Origin: Azolla caroliniana
Taxonomy: Eukaryota; Plantae; Polypodiophyta
Assembly (NCBI GenBank): GCA_043228905.1
Contig: JBHGNT010000017.1
Location: 12,338,001-12,402,000 of the forward strand
Reading direction: 5' to 3'
Length of the DNA: 64,000 bases
Within the stretch, counting starts at the first letter, position 1. Every line of letters begins with the position of its first letter. Below, piece after piece: positions 52,827 through 64,000 of this stretch. The notes beneath the pieces were generated by a model. The model did not search any database. It saw only the letters and a list, made by a program, of their open reading frames with translations, and was not told where the DNA came from. Made by a program: the position numbers and the translations under genes.

Positions 52827-55194
52827 TGTAAACCGATCGGATGTAAGTGGGTGTACAAAGTAAAGTACAACGTCGATGGTTCGGTTAACCCGTACAGGGC
52901 CAGGTTAGTGACGAAGGGATACGTGCAGACCCACGGAATCGACTACGACAAAACCTTCGCTCCGATAGCGAAGATGACTACGGTTCGTGTGGTGCTGGCG
53001 GTTGTTGCGGCAAGGGGGTGGCATCTTCACCAGATGGACGTGAAGAATGCATTTCTTCAAGGCGATCTCGAAGAAGAGGTCTTTATGACCCAACCCCCCG
53101 ATTTCCAATCGGTGATGAACAAGTCGACGGTATGCTGGCTGAAGAAGTCCCTTTATGGCCTCACAGAAGCCCCTCGAGCTTGGAATGCGAAGATCATGCA
53201 CCAGCACCGGTTGCGTAAGATGGGGTTTGCGGCCTCCAAGTCTGACTCTTCGTTGTTCATCCGGCAGGGTCCGGATGGTTCGGTTTGCATCTTGTTGTAT
53301 GTTGATGATCTAGTCATCACCGGACCCGGACTCAATGAAATCAGCCGAGTCAAGTCCCAGCTGTCGGACGCATTTGAGATGAAGGACCTGGGGACCTTCA
53401 CTATTTCCTTGGGATTGACGTGATCCGAACCCCCGACGGCATATTGCTCTCACAAAGACACTATGTGTTGAATATGTTGTACAAGTTTGGCATGACGGAA
53501 TGCCGACCGATCTCCACACCCCTAGACTGGAACCAGAAGCTCTGTCCCGACTCCGGACCGGCCTGCAATGAGAAGTTGTTCTGATAGATCGTCGGAAGCC
53601 TTATATATTTGACAATCACCCGACCCAACATCAGTTATCCGGTCGGCGTGATCAGCCAATATATGCAAAAGCCAACCGTGGAGCACCTTCTGTGCGCGCA
53701 TCGAATTTTGCGATATGTGAGCGGCACGAAGGAACGGGGACTATTATATCGGCATGGTATAACCGAAGATCTAGTCGGCTACACCGAGACCAACTGGGCA
53801 GGCGATGCAATGGTTCGATGATCCACCTCTAGCTATATGTTTTCCCTTGGTAGTGCAACTGTTGCGTGGAGCAGCAAAAAGCAGGCAACAATGGCCCTTT
53901 CGAGCATTGAGGCTGAATACCGGAGCGCTACTGTTGCCACCTATGAAGCCATTTGGCTTCGGCAACTGTTGCAAGACCTGCGGATCGAGGTGCCGACCCC
54001 GATCCTCATCTACTGCGACAACATAAGCAAAATGCAGCTCGCCAAGAACCCCGTATTCCATGCTCGCACAAAGCACATAGAAGTGCACTACCACTTCGGG
54101 CGTGAGCGTGTCCTGAGCGGTGAAGTTGAACTTCGGTATGTTCCTACGGGTCGGAAGGTTGCCGACATCTTCACCAAACCTCTCAGATCGGACAAGTTGC
54201 AGCACCTTACCGAAATGCTTGGTGTCTAGCATCTCGACATGCCACACTTGAGGGGGAGAACGGGCAAAGACACCAGAACGGGCAAAGGCCAAGAAACTAC
54301 CGATTGCGCCGGTGAGGGAAGAACCGATAGAGGGAGAGACAAGAAGAAGAAAGGAGCCGAGTCGACAAAGGAAGTTGACACATCCAAACAAGTCGGAACA
54401 AGCGGTAGTGGCGGCAGAGTCAAGAAGGACAGAGCCGACCAGAAGAAGAAGGCCAAGACCCGGACATGGTCCGATGTGGTGATGGGCCTGGAACCAGAAG
54501 ACGAATCGGGAGCGACCGATTCGGACAAGAGCTGGAACGAATCGGAGACAGTCGATTCGGTTCCACAAAAGGATTCAGAAGAACCGGTCAATTCAAGGCC
54601 AAGAGGACGAGAAGACAACAAAAGTCGACGCCAACACAAAAGAATCAACGAATTGACAAGCGCCAAAGTCATAGCAGCGAGGGAGCTGAATTGGGCCTGT
54701 TGAACCAGAAGGAGCCGGGTGGAAGGACCGGCTGCCATGGAGACTAACACTACGATCCGAACTCAAGTTGAGCTTGAGGGGGAGTGTTGAGCGGCAAGTC
54801 CAACCAGATCCGGATCGGCATCCGAAAGGATGAACCGGATCTGTGAGCCGGTGCACAAGTGAGCCGGTGAGCTGGGGAGCCGGTTAGCCGGATCCATGAA
54901 TAACCGGAAGCCTAGTAGCAGCCTCGACTAGTAGGTAGTTCATGTCTCATAGTTAGTGTCAGACACTTGTGTGAGGATTCAAGTACACTGTACTTCTGTC
55001 AATCCACATGGACTTGTATAATAGTGTTCACTAAACACATACGATGTACAGAGTTTTCGAGTTAGTTTTCGAATAGAGTTTTATGTTCTGCTCTTTATCT
55101 CTCTATCTCTCTCTCCCGCGTATTGCGTATATTCAAGCTCTCCATTAAACCTGCGTTTCGGTTTTCTATTGCTTCCGCACACTATTCTTTTACA
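52827..55194 (+). mobile_element. Copia 3' half of a second lineage: RT, RH, C-terminal extension, PPT and 3' LTR
   Basis: HQMDVKNAFL, YVDD, EAEYR, HARTKHIEVHYHF; PPT TGAGGGGGAG at about 54775-54784; LTR 54785-55194. Confidence 0.9.
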
Positions 55195-55239
55195 ATATCT
55201 GAGTGGTCAGGTGGTTCATGAGCAATTCGGGAAGAGAAC

Positions 55240-55555
55240 ACTAGAGCGCAGTCAAGTGGATACTCCGGTACTTGACAGGCACCTCGAGTATGTGCCTCCG
55301 ATTCGAATCAAGAAAACCCCAACTTAAAGGATTCACGGGTTTGGACATGTCAGCTAATGTAGATACCAGCCAGTCCACATCCGGATATGTCATGACATAT
55401 GGATGGGGAGCTGTATCGTGGTAGTCAAGGCTGCAAAAGTCTACTACCCTATCAACAACAAAAGCGGAGTACATGGCGGCTGTAGAAGCCGACAAAGAGG
55501 TAATCTGGATGAAGGACTTCATCGGAGAGATAGGGATTTGGTAGGAGGAACCAGA
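55240..55555 (+). mobile_element. Copia RNase H fragment (E-related)
   Basis: AVKWILRYL...STSGYVMTY...KAEYMAAVEA. Confidence 0.8.
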
Positions 55556-57056
55556 TATCCGGTGGTATGGGATGTCAATGGTAGTTTAGCTATGTCTACT
55601 TCATAGCTCAGGGGTGGTCAGGTGGAACGGGTTCTTCTATCCAATCTATTTTCCTTCTTTTTAATTTATTTTGGTCTATTGATTAGTAATAGACTCTTAA
55701 CCGTAGTATCAGAGCATTTACTAACAACGTTTCTTTTTTGTTTTGATGTTTTTTATGTGTGAGCAATGGGGGATCTAACAAGGCTCATCATGCTCTTCTC
55801 AAGATTAAAACAACATTCTTAACCCCGTATTCTTCTTTAGCGATCTGTCTTCTTTTCTATGATGCATTCTGCTTGGTAGAATCAAATTTGTATTACGTTT
55901 TATTTCTTTTGCATATGATGTTTTCTATGTCACTCTTACCTCTATTCAGCCATCTTTTGGCTATTCTATGGGATGTTTTGGTCTTGACGAGGTTTATGTC
56001 GACTACCTATGCCACTCTACTCTCTATTGAGCCATCACTTGGCCGATTCTACAGGATGTTGTGGTCTTGACGAGGTGCATGTCGACTACTCTAGGGTTTT
56101 TTTACCTTAGGGCATGCTTAACATATCATACACCTATTTGATTATTATCCTAAGTATTTTCTAAATACACAAATTGTCTTTTCATTTATGATTTTCTCAT
56201 AGTTGTCATTTACCCACCCACTATTAACTCTCTTTCTTACCCTTACTTTTATGTTCATCTACACTATTTACGTATGTTTAATGGTGTAACGATTCATGTA
56301 GACTATTTTTTAATATTAAGTGGGCATCACGCCACTTTTTGAACATTTTTTGCAAAGTGTTCTCTAGGTTTAACTCATGGTATCGAGCCTTAGAACTCGT
56401 GTAAAACCACATGAATTCCCCTATTGATGTTTTACTCATAGATCTTAAGTACTACATCTTTTCGCACAACATCACCACCACTTGTATCAACTTGTGACTT
56501 ATGCCACAATTGTGCAAATTACAATCACCATCTTGGGATGGATATGTGCATATCTCGCACCATCCATTTATTTGTGACAAAATTTTTAGTAGATAACACA
56601 TGGTTTTTTGAACCTTGTTTTCGTCACTTCTTGACTCTTATAAGTAGTGACTTATTTTTCTCTTTTTATTCAGAACATTTTCTTGCTACTCGCAAGAAAA
56701 GAATATTACTTGCGATTGCACTTGGTTTTGCATGTAATACACTTTCTCGACCATATCAATACATACTGAGTTGGCATTTTAATATAGGCTAACTAGGAAA
56801 TTACATTGATGCTAGAACCATGGTTGAGCCTCAGGGATCTGCCATGACTATTCAAGATAGAGATCCGTGAAAGACATATTTGCTATGTTTTCCCCCATGT
56901 TTTTTAAAACACCATTGTGTTACCATAGTTATCGGATTTCGAATCACATCTCATATGTCTAGAGGGGTAAAAACGTGAGATGCTTTCTTGGATAAAGTTC
57001 TTCCAATCAAAATTTCAAGCATTCATTTCGCTTGTGTATTTTCTAACCCTCCTTAT

Positions 57057-57482
57057 TGTTGAGCGGCAAGCTCAACCGGATGCGGATCGGCTGAATAAGC
57101 TTGAGCCGGATCGGCATCCGGAAGGATGAGCCGGATCGGTGAGCCGGTGAGCTAGGGAGCCGGTTAGCCGTATCCATCAGTAAACGGAAGCCTAGTAGTA
57201 GCCTAAACTACTAGGTAGTTAATGTCTCATAGTTAGTGTCAGACACTTGTGTGAGCATTGAAGTACACCGTACTTTTGTCAGTACATATGGACTTCTATA
57301 AAAGTGTTCACTGAACACGTACGATGTATAGAGTTTTAGAGTTAATTTTCGAATAGAGTTTTATGTTCTACTCTTTATATCTCTATTTGTCTCTCCCGCA
57401 TACTGCGTATATTCAAGCTCTCCATTAAACCTGTGTTTCTATGTTTCGGTTTTCTATTGCTTCCGCACACTATTCTTTTACA
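57057..57482 (+). mobile_element. Copia solo LTR, same family as 54785-55194
   Basis: TGTTGAGCGGC...TTTTACA with TSD CTTAT at 57052-57056 and 57483-57487. Confidence 0.95.
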
Positions 57483-57514
57483 CTTATTTATATTGCGCAC
57501 ACACAACGTGCATC

Positions 57515-58476
57515 ATGGAACAAGTTTTGAACACTATTGGAGCGATCTCTCCGACCGAGACCTCTCAACTCCAATCCGCATCTCGCACACAAGCTGAGAT
57601 CACTATTGAGCAATTGCTCACTACTACCTTGAATCAATTGGTTGAAACGAGGCAAGACAATATGGCTTTGGAAAAGAAATTCCAAGAATTGACTATTGAG
57701 TCCAAGAAAGAAGGTGAACCTTCTTTCGTAGTCACGTCATTCGAGGGAGATAAGAAAAAAAGAACCGAGGAGGCCATTAGCACTTGGCTTGGTTGTTGGG
57801 AGTCTCATTTTTAACTCCATCCCAAGAACAATGCTGTAAAAATTGGTTATGTCGGTCGTGAGTTAGGTGGCTGAGTTGTTGCTTGGTGGCGCAGCCTATC
57901 GACTACAAAGAACTTACCCACAACTTGGGAGGTCTCCTCAATGTTTTTAAGAAATAATTCTTGTTGTCACCTTCTCCAAATGAACAAGTGCAAAACTTGC
58001 TCACATTGTCAAGCAAACCATTTACCTCTCTCGAGGATTATGTGTATCATGCTTGGACCCAAATCCAAAAATTGGGACTTACGAGTGAGAAATGGTTTGT
58101 CGCTTGTTTTTTGAATGGTATTCCCAATGGGGATTACCATTGGATTGTCCATGACAAGGACCCCAGAACATTGTAGGAAGCCATCAACATTGTATGCCGG
58201 TCCCATAGAACTTCCAAGAAAGACCACAATAAACATGAATTCGCCAAAACTCTAAATGTCAAGTTCATTAGGAAACGTAAGCAATCAAGTGACACTCTTG
58301 ACCGTGACTAAAAGAGACCCTCTTCTGTGCATATTGCAGGAAGCAGGGCAACACAAAGGATGCCTACCATTGTCTTTGTTACCGATTACGAACAAGGCCT
58401 ACCCTCAATCCTTCAAGGTACAACTCAAGAAGATCGTGGTATAGAGAATGGATAACATAGTGCGTCTAGACTTAAT
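57515..58476 (+). pseudogene. Degraded gag-like ORF
   Basis: Coiled coil, then FEGD...TWL..WE..F, L.G...AWW, SLEDY and FLNGI. Confidence 0.55.
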
Positions 58477-58932
58477 CCATTTACATCTCTCGAGGATTAT
58501 GTGCATCATGCTTGGACCCAGATCCAAAAATTGGGACTTACAAGTAAGAAATGGTTTGTCGCTTATTTTTTGAATGGTATTCCCAATGGGGATTACCATT
58601 GGATTGTCCATGACAAGGACCCCACCACATTGTAGGAAGCCATCAACATTGTACGCCGGTACCATAGGACTTCCAAGAAAGACCACAATAAACATGAATT
58701 CGCCAAAACTCCAAATGTCAAGTTCATTGGGAAACGTAAGCAATCAAGTGACACTCTTGACCGCGACTGAACCTCTTCTGTGCATATTGCAAGAAGCGGG
58801 GCCACACAAAGGATACCTGCCATTGTGTTTGTTACCGATTACGAACAAGGCCTACCCTCAGTCCTTCGAGGTACGGCTCAAGAAGATCGTGGTATAGAGA
58901 ATGGATAATGTAGTGCATCTAGACTTAATCCA
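58018..58932. repeat. Tandem duplication of about 459 bp
   Basis: Copies 58018-58476 and 58477-58932 (CCATTTAC...TAGACTTAATCCA). Confidence 0.9.
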
Positions 58933-61900
58933 CGGGAAGGGATATTGCGGCAATGAGTGGCCACGAGGGTAAGGCGTTATCAGGAGACGGCTACAACCGA
59001 ACCCCCTTCTTACCGTTTACAAATACACCCCTTAGCCTAAACACAGATACGCTTCTGAATCGACATAGAGATAAGAAAAGACAGTACGATTATATTAGAC
59101 GGATTACACACCAAAACTCTGCTCCCTTTTACAATGTTCCTATGCCCTTTATATATACAGGGCATACACGGTTACGCTTGCTGCGTGAACCGTTACATGG
59201 GTTTCATAACACATTTATTATAATAATACGCTTATCCATTAGTCTGCCCTTAGTCTTTGCCTCATTTCTCACTAGGGCGGACAACACCTAGCACGCTTGT
59301 GGGACAGTGCCATCGCACGTCGGACCCATCCTCCTTCTCTACTTGTAAAATATATCGAGGATATTTGGTTCCGGGCGCTCGTTGTTATTTATCGTAACAG
59401 GCGGTGTCGTCATGAGGGTGGGTTCGCCATTTTCGGGGTTGGTTGGTGGTCCTAGCGCCGTGGTCTCTGACTTCAGTGCGTCCCCCTCTTGTTCGTCGGC
59501 CATCAGTGCCGTGTCCTCTACATCCGGTGCATCTCCCTCTTGTTGGTCAGCCATCATATCCTCCCATAGTGACTCCCTCGGTGGTTCCATGGGGATTTCT
59601 TCTTGTCCGCATGTGGAAGTATGGTCGGGGTCTCTTTGTAGCTCTGGTGGTTATAGTGCGCAAGTGTCCGGCGGCCATGGATCTACTTGTAGTGCCTCAT
59701 TGGCACTGACTTCCAGAGTAGGGGGGATATCGTTTAGTGTTGCCGCCGTAGTGACCTCCGGGGTTTCATCTTGTTCGTTCAAACTCCTGTGCTGTTCCGC
59801 GGAATCGTTATCGAGCAAGCTGGTGGCCTCCGTCTTCTTCGCCTATTTTGCCCTTTGTTGTTCGCTTCCGATATCGTGCAGCTCGTGGAATGTGTCTTCT
59901 TGACTTTCACCGAAGTCCTCTAATAGCTCTGCTATTTCTTCGGTGTGGCGGTCGGCTAAGGACTAGTAATCCTACGTAAGGTTTTCACGAATCGTAGCAT
60001 TGCTTTCTTTGCTTAGCTTGTAAAACCATTTTCCTTATGCCGATTTTCCCAATCCGCCCTGTATATGTGGAGTTCCGCTGCCTATGCCACCCATCGGGCC
60101 CATCCTTTATCTAACACCGCTTGAAGTTGGGCCGTAAACCGTTCTTGTTTTGTTTGGAGCAGGATACATATACGGTCCGTCTTCAGGTGCGTGCGGGCCA
60201 GTGAGTCCTCTAGAACCTTCTTGAGGTTCTCAATTTTCCTCTTGTTGGCCACCGTTGCTTCTTCATAAAGTGTCTTCATTTGTGCCCAGATTTTCGACTC
60301 CTTCTTATGGACCTCCTCTAACCGGCCCATCTTGTTGTTGAGGCGTATTTCGACATCTCGATTGAGTTGGCGCTCATGCTTGAGTTGTTCGTCATACCAC
60401 TTTTGCTTTTTCTGTGCCGCCTCTCTGAGCGCCGTGATGGTGCGTTCCTCTTGGTCGCTTCCTCGTGGAGCTTCTCCCTCTCCGCCTTCATTTGGCAATG
60501 CGCGGCCATTTCTGTGTCGAGCCTGTCCTAAATTGCGTTGATCGCCTTACAACCTTTTTGCCCGACTGTTTGCTTCTCTATCTGAGGACTGTCAGAGTTC
60601 TGACCTAAGCTGGTCGATCTTAGACTCGTCCAGCTCCGTAGACCTTTTTTCCTTAGCCGTTATTGCTTCTTGGGCCTCTACCTCCTCTTGTCGAATCTGT
60701 AGTTCAGTTGCGTGGGAGGCAGGAGTGGAAACTGGTTGTGTCATTGGTGCGCTGCTCTCCAGCTGCGTAATACGCTGGTGCGCTTTATTCGGCTGCTCTT
60801 GGGTTGCTTTTACGCTTTTCCACACGTTTTTGTTCTTGATAGCCATATCTTTGGCCCCCAACATGAACTTTGCCAACTCCTTCTGAACCTCTACTAAGGT
60901 CTCGTTAAGAGAAGGGAGTTCGATCCCTACGCGGAGAACACCCGTGTTTCTTTTCCTACCTACCCGCACTAGTGGGCCTTCTTCTTCACTTTCCACAGTC
61001 TCTTTTAGAGCACGTTGCCTCAATCATTTGTCGTTTGGCGTGCTCTTCGGCCAATCCCTAGGACACCTTAATCTATTGTGTCGCTAGGAACTTCATGAGT
61101 TCATAAGTTGTGCCAAATTGCAAGAGGGAGCCAAATTCGTGGGCCGTGTCCCGGATGTCGGAGTATGACAAAACTTTGCTTTTGCAGTCAACACGCCCGT
61201 ACCGCATTGCGACTGTCCGGTTATTATTGGCCATGGTTTGAACATCAACTTTAATGTTGTGGTGGCCTCTATAGGGGTGGAGTTTTCGACACATGGGGCT
61301 GTATCTTTCACAAATCCGCGGTCGTCCTTTCTATCTAGCCTCCTGCGCTTGGTTTTTCAGTCTTCCGCGTGCCGTCTCTTGCGTCACTTGGGACTCCGTT
61401 GGTTCGTTTGTAGACCGTCCTGCGACGGGATGACTTTTTTTTCACGCGGGTTTGCCTCTTCCACCCATTCCGTCTCCGGGGGGTTAGCTAGTCTTCATTT
61501 TGATGACTGTGTCATGGGTGTCTAACGGGTCGTTTCGGGGGTGGGGAGGCCATGGGGGGGAAGGGCAAAGCTTTTTTCTGGCCTGAAATGCCTGTAAGCC
61601 CTCTCTCAATGTTGGTCCCGTGATGACTTCCCAATCAATGGAATGGCCCTCGAACATGTCTATGACGATGCCTGCTTTCTACTTTGGCATCTTGTAGGCA
61701 TTAGTATGTACGCACCCTACTTCCAACAAGAACTTTGACACTTCCTGAAAGAATGGGTTCGGGATATCCCGTGTTCTATATGCCTTCGCGGATGTTGAAT
61801 ATTCTCCGAAGTACTATTTGAGGGCTCCAGTTGGGGGAATTTCGAAGTGATATTTGCCACTTCCAGATAAACCCAGCTTCTTCCTTATACTGGCGTTTGT

Positions 61901-64000
61901 GATGGTGTCGACATTGAGTTTCTTGGCCACCTCTTGTGCATCGAGGTGTGGTGGAGCTTCTGCTACCCAGATGTAGCCTTTGAAGCCCTTGTCGTGTAAC
62001 CATCGCCATAGAGTTGGGGAGATAAAGATCGACATGTCGTCTTTTGGAGATGGGGGGGAGAGATACTAGGGGGCATGGATCACAAGCTTCTCGGTCTGTG
62101 ATGGCACAGGGAGGGTGGGGAGGAAGGAGAGTGAGGAGAGCGAGGAGAGCGAGAAGAGTAGATAGCTTGGGAATATTTTTGTGATATGTAGAGGAACACC
62201 TGTTGTCTTCTTTTTGTGTGGATGCTAAGTTAGGGTTCAAGAATCTGTGAATCATTGTGTGGACGTGTGTTCTCTCTTTCTTGGAAAGTGTGCATGCATG
62301 TAGTGCCTTTAATAGTCGTGACTGTCGTTTCCCCTTTTTTTTCTTTTTTCTTTTTCATTTCAGACCTAGCGGTTACATCTAGTTTTAAAGTACATTAATG
62401 TTACATGCTTACTAGTGGGCCCCATTTAGTGGCTGTTTCATTCTTTCGAGGAAATGGCCCAAGTATCTTCATCGGCGCAAAACGAGTTTGGCGGTGTGGG
62501 TCCGAAATACGACTTTAATCGAAACCCATTGACTTTTTGACGCAAAACTTCTGCTACCAGGGTGCCTAGTTCGAATGTCCCATTCTTGGCTCCTATTATC
62601 CAGTACGACCCTATCCATCAGAAACGCAGTTTCCCCGGTATCTGTCCCATGCGTGTTTGGAAAACTAAGACGGCTTTCCCAATTAAAAAATGCTTCTCAT
62701 TAGTACCCCGATGTTGGTCTACGAATGCCTTCTACTGCCGCTGCTCATGCTCGAGAATTCACATGTTGTGGACCCTAGCTTTGTCCAATTTGAGTAGTTT
62801 TTGTAACCGAATTTTCTTGGACTGGTCCTCAGCCAGACATTCGCAGACCTGTATTCGTAAACTTGGTATCTGAAATTCTACAAGCATTACGGCTTCCAGC
62901 CCAAACGTTAGCCGGAATTGTGTTGATTGGACGTTGGTTTTAAAGCTCGTGCGGTATGCCCATAAGGCGTTGTGCAGCTTCATGTCCCAATCCGTGCAGT
63001 TGTCGTTGACGATCTTTTTCAAGATATTCTGAAGTGTTTTATTTGTCCACTCCACGAGACCACTTGCCCGTGTATAATACAACATACTCTTCTTGTTTAC
63101 CATGACGTAATGTTTAGTGAAATCGTAAATGACCTTATGCAAGAAATGGCTTCCTTGATCGTGGATGAGCTCAATATGACAACCAAAACGGCACCAAATC
63201 TGTTCATACAAAAAATTGGTTGTGGAAGCCGTGGTGTTGTCGCCTAACGCTTTCGTCTCCATTCATTTCGTACAATAATCCGTGGTCAATAAAATATATT
63301 TGTTTCCCGTACAAGCCATGGCTGGGGTAAAGGATCCAATGTAATCGAGGCCCCATTTCTGGAAAGGCTCAAGCGGAAGCACCAGCTGGTGGGGCATCCG
63401 TGCTAGCTCCGACGGTTGACTCATTCACTGGTAGAGGTCGCACTCCATACAGTATTCGTACGCGTCCCATAGACCTGCTTGCCATACTTTCCAGGCCGTA
63501 ACATCCCCTCCTGTACCATAGTGAGCTTCTCGTAATACTACATTCTTCTCATCTTGTCATACACCTCACCACCAGATGCCATCGCTTCCCATACGGTATA
63601 AGACCCCTTCGACGAGGCAAAAGTTCCCGTTCCGAATTGCGAGCCTTTTCTTTTCATCCGTTCTTAACTGTGGTGGTGGCATCTCCATGCTTAAGAAGTA
63701 AGTCATTTCCATCAGCCACCTATCCGGGATATTACGCAATATTTTGGCGTTCGGAAAATCGTTGTGCCCTGGTGTTGCTTCCTTGCCATTCTCGATCATA
63801 CTTAGATAATCCGCGATTGTATGTTGTGTCCCTATCCGATGCTGGATCTTGAATTCGAATACCTATAATAGTAGCTTCCATTTGGCTAATTTTCCAGTTA
63901 ATAATTGTTTAGCGACCAGGTACAATAATGTGGTGTGATCCATGTGAAACTTGAATTTCCCACCTAATAAATAATGTCAAATTTTATTGACTCTGTAGAT
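58933..64000 (-). mobile_element. Non-chromovirus Ty3/gypsy 3' half: RH-INT, extra 3' ORF and partial 3' LTR
   Basis: RH-INT 64000-62460 (DQGSHF, LWAYRT, W.GSYWI); extra ORF remnants 62035-59339; LTR-like 58933-59290 resembling 51100-51390. Confidence 0.85.

Noticed and set aside
55560-57050. PBS-like words (TAGTATCAGAGC near 55704, TGGTATCGAGCC at 56378) suggesting old Copia or TRIM elements
   Set aside because: No matching LTR pair, TSD or readable ORF, so too degraded to delimit.

Overview
This is a eukaryotic, TE-saturated window with no intact host gene. The TE content suggests a seed-free land plant, most plausibly a bryophyte (inference). The left 15 kb holds a degraded spliced gene broken by a Copia solo LTR, a hAT-like non-autonomous element and a Sola1/DUF7869-like transposase pseudogene split by a complete chromodomain-bearing Ty3/gypsy (Tcn1-like) element, A (6998-12594). 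The centre (14835-42553) is a nested stack bounded by TSDs. Chromovirus B contains an RTEX-like LINE and chromovirus C; C contains chromovirus D and a very young Copia, E. The right 21 kb is a scrambled mosaic of Copia and non-chromovirus Ty3/gypsy fragments. The main observation is that three distinct chromovirus LTR families share one RNA-level architecture. Each has (i) an outward-facing tRNA-derived cassette (Pol III A box, AGGTC and B box at identical 45-nt spacing) at the outer end of U3, (ii) a PBS complementary to the element's own predicted transcript start rather than to a tRNA (Tf1-type self-priming) set in a palindrome, and (iii) a covarying -1 frameshift pseudoknot between gag and pol. 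Coordinates were read by eye and family names come from motif recognition, not database searches.
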